A DNA stretch of 64,000 nucleotides, from assembly GCA_024679065.1 (NCBI GenBank), contig JAGIQG010000043.1, positions 620,001 to 684,000 on the forward strand, written 5' to 3'. The position numbers were made by a program, and so were the translations under genes. Origin of the DNA: Sphyrna mokarran. Its lineage: Eukaryota. Below the pieces are notes generated by a model that saw nothing but the letters and a program-made list of their open reading frames with translations, did not search any database and was not told the DNA's origin. Positions 1-11,360 of the stretch are shown here, in pieces. Position 1 is the stretch's first letter. Each line of letters begins with the position of its first letter.

Positions 1-229
1 GAAGAAGAATGTTTCTACCACACTAGACATCCAAGAAGCACACGGCGAGTTTTCTTGCTCTCTCTCTCTCTTTTCTCTCGAGTTAGAGTTCTGGGTCCTC
101 GTTAACGGCCAGGCCTGTCTCAAAACGTCTGTGGATGAAAAGGGATCTGTTCGTGTAATCCACACCATTACTATAACGATAGATGAGGCTATTAAACCCT
201 TCTACTCTATTTAATCGGTTCATGGCTGT

Positions 230-380
230 NNNNNNNNNNNNNNNNNNNNNNNNNNNNNNNNNNNNNNNNNNNNNNNNNNNNNNNNNNNNNNNNNNNNNNN
301 NNNNNNNNNNNNNNNNNNNNNNNNNNNNNNNNNNNNNNNNNNNNNNNNNNNNNNNNNNNNNNNNNNNNNNNNNNNNNNNN
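230..380. other. Assembly gap (run of N)
   Basis: Contiguous N run; ORFs spanning it are artefacts. Confidence 0.99.
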
Positions 381-489
381 TTCCGTAACATAAATTCGTT
401 CTTCTCAGTTTTAGAGTTACAATTACACAATGCTCTGTATAACTTTTTAGTGACCAGAATTCAACCCAGAACTGTAAGAAATTTTCCGA

Positions 490-735
490 TTTGATTTGAT
501 TTGATTTTTATTGTCACATATATTAGTATGCATTAAAAAGTATTGATTTTTTTGCCCAGCGTACAGATAAAGCATACCGTGCATGGAGAATGAAAGGAGA
601 GAGTACAAATGATAATGTTACTGTCATAGCTAGGGGGCTGAGAAAGATCAATTTAATATGAGGCAGCTCAATTGCAATGTCTGATGGTAGCAGGAAAGAA
701 GCTGCTTTTAGGCTGGTTAGTGCATGACTTTATGT
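490..735 (-). mobile_element. Rex1/Babar-like LINE 3' end fragment
   Basis: (TTTGA)n tail followed by tattgtcaca...gcataccgt...agaaagatca; reverse complement of the 1850-2120 Rex1 3' UTR. Confidence 0.65.
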
Positions 736-737
736 AA

Positions 738-1320
738 AAAGAACAAAGAAGAACAACACAGCACGGGAAACAGGCCCTTCGACCCAACGAGCCCGCGCCG
801 CCATTTTAACATCCCACTTCCACACATGACCCTTGTCTATGTTTATGGAAATCCACCTTAGAAACCAGATTGAGGAGACAATTTAAGGACAATTTGTTAC
901 ATCAATCAGCCTAAGAGGATATCTTTGGGGTGTGGGAGGAAACCGGAATACCTGGAGAAAACCCACGCAAGCACGGGGAGAATGCGCAAACTCGCACAGA
1001 TACTGGGCCAAATCCATGTATCTGCACAGCAAACAATGATAGTCACTGAGTTGTCCATCAACTGATCCAGTTTAAACATACTGTACAGACGTGAAGCACT
1101 AGGGTACTCTCGAAAAATCTAAGAGCAGCCTGCGCACAACCCATCATGTGTATGCCCCTTATTAGACAATAAGGGGGACCGAAGCACCTGTGGAATAAAA
1201 GGGAAAAACACCAAAAACATACACATCTTATGCAATTCCCAGGAACGTCCCAAGGCTCCTGATCCTTATTTAAAACAGCCTTCTATATCTATCTACGTCT
1301 ATTCCGCTCATGTCTACTCA
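738..1320 (-). mobile_element. 3' UTR of a CR1 subfamily ('CR1-C') containing a V-SINE-like core
   Basis: Same ~450-nt block (acagcacgggaaacaggcccttc...gtgggaggaaaccgga...ccaagagcag) recurs at 6980, 47309, 49620 and 58580. Confidence 0.65.
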
Positions 1321-1589
1321 CCTCCGCCCTAAATGTTCTACCCGAATCCTCAGAGTGTGACCCCTGGTTCTGAACTCCCCCCACCGTCGGGAACATCCTC
1401 CCTGTATCTATCCTGTTTAGTCCTGTTAGAATTTTAAGTCCCTGTGAAATCCACCCTCATTCGTCAGAACTCCAGTGAAAACAATCCTATCTTGGTCATT
1501 CTCTCCTCATACATCAGCCCCGCTATTTCTCGAATCAGCCTGGTAAACTTACGCTGCACTCCCTCCAAAGCAAGGGCATCTTTCCGAAG

Positions 1590-2120
1590 TCAGTGCACTT
1601 TATATGGCTCTTGCTCTGTCCAAGACCACCAGAACTGGTCTAGTCCCATTACTAAAACCAGCCTCTCATCCATTGAATCTGTCTGCACTTCCCACTACCT
1701 CGGAAAAACAATCATTGTAATTAAGGATGGCACGCATTCTGGACTCACTCTTTTCCAACTTCTTCCGTCGGGAAAAAGATACAAAAGTCTGAAGTCACCT
1801 ACCAATCGACTCAAGAATAGTTTCTTCCCTGTTGCCATCAGACTTTAAAATGGATCTACCTCGCACTAGGTTGCTCTTTCTCTACACCCTAGTTATGACT
1901 GTAACATTTGATTCTCCACTCTCTCATGTCATTTTCTATGAACGGTATGTCTTGTCTGTACAGAGCACAAGAAACAAAACTTTTCATTCTATTCCAATAC
2001 ATGCGACAATAATAAATCAAATCTATGTACTCTATGAATGGTATGCTTTGTATAGCGCGCAATAAACAATACTCTCCACTGTATACTTATGCACGTGACA
2101 ATGATAATTAAACTCAAATG
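1590..2120 (+). mobile_element. Rex1/Babar-like LINE, RT C-terminus and 3' UTR
   Basis: Translation IKDGTHSGLTLFQLLPSGKRYKSLKSPTNRLKNSFFPVAIRL matches the Rex1 ORF end; duplicated 3' UTR. Confidence 0.8.
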
Positions 2121-2327
2121 AAATGTCCCACGACTGAATTGAACCACAAAAAAACTAACTTTGGACAAGTGTCTTTTGGCCTTGAACCTGTCTATATCCA
2201 TGGAAGCCACCAGGCTTGTTAAGGTTTCCAGAATTTTCTGTGTTGGTTACGAATTCTAAGCAGCGGATTAATAATTAATGAAAAGTATCTGTATGGTTTA
2301 GCAACAAAAATTCCATACATTCATTTC

Positions 2328-2333
2328 TTTATT
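2328..2333 (-). promoter_or_regulatory. Putative polyadenylation signal (AATAAA) of the VJ-C1 receptor gene
   Basis: tttatt on the + strand, about 170 nt downstream of the TAG at 2504-2506. Confidence 0.5.
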
Positions 2334-2503
2334 CTGTTTGTGTTCTCTGGATTCTGTCAGTTCCACATCACTATTCGCGGAGGAATTTAAATGAAATTTA
2401 AAATGGCTACATTTCACACCGAACCTGCTCAAAAGTGTCATTAACTCTTTGATAAATATGTGGATTGAGGGCGCCGCGGAATAACATATTCCCACAACAA
2501 TCG

Positions 2504-2628
2504 CTAAGTCTCTACCCGGTTCCTGCAGATCCATCTTCCGGCCACAAACACCAATCCCAGAAGGAGAAGCACCACGGCCAACAAACGCACAAAAAACAAT
2601 GAATGGCAAGTGGTCGAGAATGGAGAAT
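2504..2628 (-). CDS. Exon 4: connecting peptide, TM and short cytoplasmic tail, (D)SPFSTTCHSLFFVRLLAVVLLLLGLVFVAGRWICRNRVET*
   Basis: Acceptor tttttacag, phase 1; hydrophobic helix with an internal Arg and a preceding Cys; too short for the ORF track. Confidence 0.8.
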
Positions 2629-5600
2629 CTGTAAAAAGAAATAAACTTTCACTGAACGAAAATCAACTGTGGAAATAATTAAACAAGTGAAGGATTTTTG
2701 TCTAATCTAATTGACCAGTTTGACCAGAAAATGGCAAAAAGTTTTGAACACGTTCTAATCATATAAAAGAGTAACACTTTTACAATACAACACAAGGTGA
2801 TGTAGAGAGCGATAGTGACAGAAAGACTGAACTCTTTTTTGAACAGGGGACACATAGAGATGGGGGAGAGAATGCAAGATTCACGAATAGAGTAACCTTA
2901 TAATCTCACAATGCAGAAGAAAACTAATCGGGTCATCGAGTCTGCATCACCCAATCCCCATCACCTCACGTATTTAACCTGCTAATCCCCCGACACTCGC
3001 GTTAATTTAGCACGGCCAGTCAACTTAACCCGCACATCTTTGGACTGTGGAAGGAAACAGGAGCAGCCGGAGGAAACCCACACAGACATGGGGAGTATGT
3101 GCAGAGTCCACACAGACAACTCCCGAGGCAGAAATTGAACCCAGGGCAATTGGCGATATGAGGCATCAGCGCGAATAATTATGGTACTGTGTTGTCCAAT
3201 CGAGAGGTTAAAAAAAACACTTCCAACAGGACACAGGGAGAGGCAGTGAGGGACCGTGGCAGAGGGACTGAGCACTTTTTGAACAGGGACATATAGAGAA
3301 AGGGGCGAGAGTGTGAACGATTCCGGGAGGAGAAAGAACCAAGATTTTACAAAGCTCAGTTTAAACAACAAATAAATAAAGCACGAAGTAAAGTCATGGA
3401 TTGACTGAGCCTTACAGTCATGGAAACAAGCACTCCGGATCCACTTGTGCATTCCAGCCCTTTTTGTTTAACCAATAAGCTCGTCATATTTGTCAGTGTT
3501 TGGCCCATATCCCTCCAAAGCCATCTCACTTACGTAACTGCCTGAACGTTTTTGAAAAGGCAGAATTATGCCCGCTTTTACGACTATTTCTGGCAGTCGT
3601 TCCAGGCAGTCAATTCGCTGTGTGTGAAACATGCCCTAGATATATTGACAGAATAAATAATTCAAAGTTGCAGCAGCAATCTGGGAGAACACTGTTCAAT
3701 AATAGAAAACTAGGCAGAGCAGAAAACTTGTACAGAAGTACTTAGTTAGATTTCCAATAGGAAAACAAAGAGGTTTTGAGAAAGAGCGAAAGGGAAAGAA
3801 CAATATGTTCTTGGAGAGCGATAGGTGGACAGTTAGATGGAGCACCATCTAACTAGCACAAGAATTCTTATGTGACTAGCACAAGAATTGTAAACATAGA
3901 ACGCTGGAGAATAGTAGATAAACGAAGAAATAAACACATATCATACAATATAGAATACTACAGCACAAACAGGTCCTTCGGCCAAAAGCTGAGCTCGTCA
4001 TATCCATACCTACCAGGCCTATCTATAACTCTCAATTCCATGAAATCCCATGCACTCATCCAGAAGTATCTTAAAAGACCCAAGCGAGTTCGCCTCTCCG
4101 ACAACCGACGGCAGCCCATTCCACTCATTCTCCACCCTCTGATGTAGAAAATACTTACCCTTGATATCTCCTCTGTACCTGCTCCCCAGCATCTTAAACC
4201 TGTGTCTTTTCATAGCCACCATTTCAGCCCTGGGAAATAGCCTCCGAGAATCCACTCTGTCTATACTTCTTAACATTTTATTAGCCTCTATCAGGTTGTT
4301 CTCAATGTTCGTCTCTCCAGGGAGAAGAGACCTCCCTCAATCGATCTTCATGAGGCATGCCTCCCAATCCAGGTAACATGCTTATTAATCTCCTCTGCAC
4401 CCTCTCAATAGCTTCCACAAGCTTCTTGCGACCAGAACTGGGCACAGTCCTCCACGTGAGGCCTGACAAATGTCTTATAAAGTTGCAGCACTACCTCCTG
4501 ACACCTAAACTCAATTCATCGATAAATGAAGGCTAGCACACCATACGCCTTCTTGACCACACCGTCCACCTGAGAGGCTGATTTAAGAGTCCTTTCTCCC
4601 AAGGGGGAGAAAGAGAGAGAGGGAGAGAGAGAATCGAGGGCTCAAGGTAGAGGGAGAGTGAAAGAAATGCAAACAATGTGTCAGGAGAGGCTGACCGAGA
4701 AAGCTAGGCCAGGATAAAACTTGAGGATCGATAGAGAGAAAGTGGGCGTGGGTGGGAGGTTGGGGGCGGGGTGGTGTGGAGGAGGAGGGAAGGTGGATTA
4801 GTGGATGGGGATGTGGGGTTGGTAGGGAGAGAGATAGTAAACAGGGGTCAATAAACAACTGGACAGATTGGAGTATGTGTGTAGTACAGAACAAGGCCTA
4901 TCGACCCATCCAGCCTGTTCGACAATAGTCCCACCCAGTTCCTAATCATTTAAACCCACATATTTATCCTGACACTAAGGGACAACCTCTCATTGTCAAT
5001 CCCCACTAAGAGATAATTTAGCATGGCCAATCCACTTGATTTACACTTGGACACCTCGTGTCCAAAAACTTTAAGATTCCGAGGAGTATGCGGTGCAGAA
5101 CTGATTTTACCATTAGGACATAAAAACTTGGAGCAGGAGTAGGACCTCACGCCCCTCAAGCCTGCTCCGTGATTCAATAATATCATGGCTAATTGCTTTG
5201 TGGACTCAGCTCCACTTACCAGTTCGTTCACCGTAACACTTAATTCATTTACTGCTCAAAAATGTCTCTATCCATTAGAAACATTTAGAACATTCTTGAG
5301 GTAGTCTCAACTGCTCCACTCGCAGGGAGTTCCACAGATTCACAACCTTTGTATGCAGAAGATCCTCCTCAACTCAATGCCAAATCTGATTTCCTTTCTT
5401 TTTAATGTTATGACTCTAATTCTAGTTTCATCCGCCCCTGGAAACAACTTCCCCGCTTCTATCTTTTGTATTCCCTTCACAATCTTATATATCTCTTCTG
5501 AATTCCAATGCGTATAGCCCCGGTCCACTCAGTCTCTCTTCATAAGCCAACCCTGTCAACTCCAAAATCATCCTAGTGAATCTCCTCTGCACCTCTTTCA

Positions 5601-8600
5601 GTGCCAATATACCCCTTCTCAAGTAAGGAGACCAAAACATGTACACAGTACTCCAGATTTGGTCTCACCAGCATCTTATACATATGTAACATAATCTCGC
5701 AGTTTTTAACTCCACCTATCTAGAATGAAGGACAAAATTCAATTTGCCTCTTAATGACCTGCTGCACTCATAAACCAACTCCTCAGATCCCTGCACAAGG
5801 ATACCCAGGTCCCGCTGCACAGCAGCATACTGTATTGATTTTATTTGTGATTTAAATAGTAGCCCATTTTCTTGTTATTCCTACCAAAATGGATGACCTC
5901 ATATTTACCAATACTGTACTCCATCTGCCAGACCCTCACCCATTCACTTAGATTATTTATATTCCTTCTGTAAAATTTCAGCGTTCTCTGCACACTCTGC
6001 TCTTCCACTCATCTTAGTGTCATCTGCGAACATTGACACACCACACTTGGTCCCCAACTCCAAATCATCTATGTAAATCATAATCAATTGTAGTCCCAAC
6101 ACTGATCCATGATGTACACCACTAGCCACTGATCGCCAAGCAGAAAACAAGAAAAAAGCCATTTACCCCCACTGTTTGCTTTCTGTTAGTTAACCAATCC
6201 TCTATCCATGCTAATACGTTACCTGTAACACTGGGCAAATTATATTATGTAATAGTCTTTTGTGCAGCAATTTGTCAAATGTCTTCTGGAAATTCACATA
6301 CACCATATTCACAGGTTCCAGATTGTCCACTGCACACCTAATGTTCTCAAAGGATACCAACAAATTAGACACATATGACCTGCCCTTCATGAACTTACGC
6401 TGTATCTAACCAATGGGACAATTTTACCTCCGGATGTTTCGCTATTTCTTTCTTGATGAGAGATTCAAGCATTTTCTCTACTACAAAGGTTAAGATAACC
6501 ATCCTTTAGTTACCCGCATTTTTGACTAGGTTTTTAAGAAAAAATGCATCACATTTGCTGTTTTCGAATCTGTGGAAAACACCCCAGAGTCCACCGAATT
6601 TCTGTATATTACCACTAATGAATTGCTATTTCTCCCGCCATCTCTTTCAATACTCTGGAATGCATTTCGACAGGACCAGGAGACTTGTCTACCTTTAGAT
6701 CCTTTAACTTGCGCAACACTACCTCTTTCGTGATAATGATAGTTTCTAGGTTTTCACCTGCCATAGCCTTCATGTCACCAGTTTTTGGCATGTTATTTGT
6801 GTCTTCAAATGTGAAAACCAATACAAAATACCTGTCCAATGCCTCATTCCCAGTTGTTAGATCCCCTTTTTCGTCCTCTGAAGGACAAATGTTTACATTC
6901 AACACTCTTTTTCGTGTCATATATTTGTAGGAACTTTTGATATCTTGTTTTATATTCTGAGCTAGTTTTTTTTTAGAGCAAGACAGCACGGGAAACAGGC
7001 CCTTCGGCCCAACGAGCCCCCGCCGCCGTCATAAATATATAGTAACAATTCCATTATCCTATCCTAATTTTAGGTTATTCCTAATATGGAAGAGTCTCAA
7101 TGTAGGGACAATTTGTTTCCCAATCAGCCTAAGAGCGAATTTTTGGGATGTGGGAGGAAACCGGAGCGCCTGGAGAAAACCCACGCAACCACGGGGAGAA
7201 CGCACAAACTCCCGCAGACACCGGCCCAATTCCAAGTGTCTGCACAGCTACAGCGATGGTCACTGAGCTGTCATGGTGCCCTTCAGATGGTCCAGATAAA
7301 GCACTCATTTACGACATGAAGCACCAGGCAACCCATGAGTCGACATCCAAGAGCTGTCCTCGCACCACCTGCCGAATGCATGCTCCTTGTTGGTCAAGTA
7401 TGGACCGAATTACCTGTGGAAAAAAAGCCATAGTTAAACAGTCCTACTATATCCCTCTATTTGCATAACGCTCATGTGGCTGTCCAAGAGATGCTTAAAC
7501 AGCCCTAGCGTGCCTGCTCCCACCACCTTACTCGGCAGTACATTCCACACCCCCCACTACCCTTTGTGTGAAAAACTGCCCTCTAATATTCGTCTTATAC
7601 CTATCCCCCCTCACCCTAAGGCCGTGACCCCTCGTCCTATCCATTTCTGAAGGTGGAAAAAGTTTACCACCATTTACTCTATCTATACCCCTTATAATCT
7701 TATACACCTCTATTAGATCCCCTGTAAGCCGACGTCTTTCAAGGGAAAACAACCCCAGTCTATTTAATCGTTCCTCATAAGACAGTCCTTCCATACCAGG
7801 CAGCATCCTGGTAAACCTCCTCTGCACTCTCTCCAAGGACTCCACATCCTTCTGATAGTATGGTGACCAGAACTGGACGCAGTATTCCAACTGAGGCCTA
7901 ACCAACGTTCTATACAATTACAACATCAAACTCCTACTCTTGTATTCTATACCCTTTTCAATGAAAGCTAACATTCTATACGCTTTCTTTATCACCTTCT
8001 CCACCTGTGAAGACACCATCAGAGACTTGTGAACTTGCACCCCCAAGTCTCTCTGCGTCTCTATACTTCGAATAGTTTTACCTTTTATCCTATAACTCTC
8101 TTCTACATTTTTCCGGCCAAAATGCATCACCTCGCATTTATCCGGATTAAATTCCATTTGCCATCTATCTGCCCAGTCTACCAACCTATCTATGTCCAGG
8201 CATAGCAATAATGTCCAGGCATAACAATACAACAGTCTACCAACCTATCTATGTCCAGGCAATACAACAGGACATAGATAGGTTGGTAGACTGGGCAGAT
8301 AGATGGCAAATGGGATTTAATCCGGTAAAATGCGAGGTGATGCATTTTGGCCGGAAAAATGTAGAAGAAAGGGCTTAGTGTGAGGTGGGGTAAGGTATAA
8401 TTTGGATACCATTCAAGGAAGCTACTGGGGATACATTCTATGAACTTCTCCTCAAGGCTGTCTTGACCGAATTGGTTGGGCCAATTGATTTGTAGATTAA
8501 CTTCCCTTGTGATAATTGTTGTACCATTTTTTTAAGTGTCTCAGTTATTTCTTTGTTTATTTTTCGCCCCACCATGATGTCATTATTTGATGGCCTATGG

Positions 8601-9990
8601 ATGACGCATATCAGAGACTTTTTCTCCTTCTTATTTTTGATTTTCACCCAAATGGATGCAATTTTTCCCATAGAACTTATATATAATTTCTCACGGCTGC
8701 CATAATATCATCCTTAAATATCAGAGCTACACGACCTCCCTTAACTTTCTGTCAGTCCCTCCGAGTAGCTTCATACCCCGGATATCCAACTCCCGTCGTG
8801 ACCATCTTGCAACCGTGTCTCTGCAATTGCCACCAAATAATAATTGTTTGCAATGACATATTCTGACAACTCATTTACCTTGTTTGAAATGCTACGAGCA
8901 TTTGAATAAACCACCCTTATGCTAGTTTTTGTACTTCTTTTTGAATTGTAATGCTTCCATTCATGGTATCTCCTGAATTCTTCTTCCTCTTAAATTTTTC
9001 TTGATTTTTGATGTATCTGGAACCTTCGCCCACCATTTTGCCCTTTCTGTCTTATTCTCGGATTCTTTACATAATTTCCCATCCCCTGGCATATTGGTTT
9101 AGACCCTCCTCAACCTCTCTAGAATGCACTCTCCCTCGGGCATCAGTCCCAGTCCTGCCCAGTTATAGCTCGAGCAATTTTTACAGGCCCCAGAACCGGT
9201 CCCAATCCTTCAGGAATATGAAACCATTCCCCTGACACCATTTCTCAGCCAGATATGTATCCGATATATTATTTCATTTCTATTCTGACCAGCGCGGGGC
9301 ACAGGTAGAAATCCTACATCACTATCTTTCAGGCCGGATTTCTTACCTTCCTTCCTAGCTCTCTGTATTCTGCATTTAGAACCTCATTTGTTTTCTTATC
9401 TATGTCGCTTGTACCAACGTCTGCTACGATCACTGGCTGTTCGCCCTCCCCCCTTCAAAATGTCCTGCAGCTGCTCCGAGACAGCTTTGATCCCAGCACC
9501 AAGGAGGGAACATACCATAAGATGGACAGTGAGGGCCTTTTTCCTCGGATGATGATGGCTAACACGAGGGGACATAGATTTACGTTGAGGGGTGATAATT
9601 ATCGGACGAATATCAGGCGTAGGTTCTTTAATCAGAGGGTAGCAGGGGCGTAGAATGCCCTGCCTGCAGCAGTCGTGGACTCGCCAACTTTAAGGGCGTC
9701 TAAATGGTCAATGTATAGGCATATGGATAACACTGGAATAGTTTAGGTTAGAGGGTCATTAGATTGGTTCCACTGGTCGGCGCAACATCGAGGGCCGAAG
9801 GGCTTGTACTGTGTTGTAATGTTCTATGTTCTATGTTCTTTTTTGTTGCATATTTCAAATAATTGTACATTGTTCAAAAACACAAAGCGAAAAAGAATGG
9901 GCCAAACACGAATGTATTCTGAGACAGATGCTATTCGAATGGAGACTGACAAATATTAACAATTGAATATACACTCACGCTCAGATAAAC

Positions 9991-10050
<60 letters not shown>

Positions 10051-11283
10051 CGACATATATTGATTCATACACACTCAGATATTTATCATGAACTCACATA
10101 GATATACACACGCTCAGATTTTTATGCATACATGCACATCCACATACGCTCAGACATTTTTTTTTCTAAACACAAACATACCCAGTTTCACATTTATTTA
10201 TCCATGCACACGGGCTCACACACGCTCAGGTATTTACCTGTTCACACATATGCACAGGCACACACACTCAGATATTTGCCTACATTTGCACATTAAAACA
10301 CGCTCAATTATTTATCAATAAATACACATATTCACACACATGCTCAGAAATGTATCTCTACACGCATATAGACAAATACAGGCACATATATTTGCTTACA
10401 CATACAGAGACACAGACAGTCAAATATTTATCAGTACACACATATTCACACATATGCTTAGTTATTTATCTGAACACATGTTCAGAATAGACATGCACGA
10501 ACTCACACATTTACCTGTACATACATATAGACACACAGGCACTCAGATATCTATCTGTGCACGGCATAAAATATACGTGTTCAGGTACTTACCTGTACAT
10601 GTATATAGAAAGAAATGGGCTCAGGTATTAATCTATTCACAGACGTATGCACACACACACACTCTGATATTTACTTCTATACACATAGACACATGCGCTC
10701 AGATATTAATGTATACACATACGTAAACACATACTCAGAAATTTATCTATATACATACATGTAAGCAGACACTCAGATATTTACCGATACACATGCATAG
10801 ACACAAACACGCTCAGGTATTTACCTCTGCGTGCACATCGAAACACAAGTGCTCAGATACTTATTTACATCTGCACACAAGGTCAGCTATATCTTTATTC
10901 ATATATTCTCACACCCATAACTATTTAAACAAACGCTCAGATATTTATCTATATACAAACACTCAGATATATAACTACATATATACGTTCAGATATATAT
11001 CTATATACCCATATCTAAGTCTGAGATCATGTATCAACTGATTGACGAATAGATTCTTCTCCTTTGTCATTGGCTTTTGAAATGACCATCCTCATATTAA
11101 GGTAATCTTTCTTTACACTCTTCAACCCTGCATCTGCGTTCTCTCCAGTCCTTCTCCCATGTACTCTATGAATGGTATACTTTATCTGTGTAATGCGCAA
11201 GTAACAATACTTTCACTCTATACTAATATATGTGACAATAGTAAATAAAATGGTATCAAGCACATATATGCTCAAAGATATAC

Positions 11284-11360
<77 letters not shown>

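Noticed and set aside
83-494. ORFs at the window start
   Set aside because: They span the N gap.
2298-2609. 103-aa ORF from the track
   Set aside because: Wrong reading frame over the real TM exon and its 3' UTR.
10088-11041. His/Thr/Tyr-rich ORFs
   Set aside because: Translations of CA/TA-rich low-complexity DNA.
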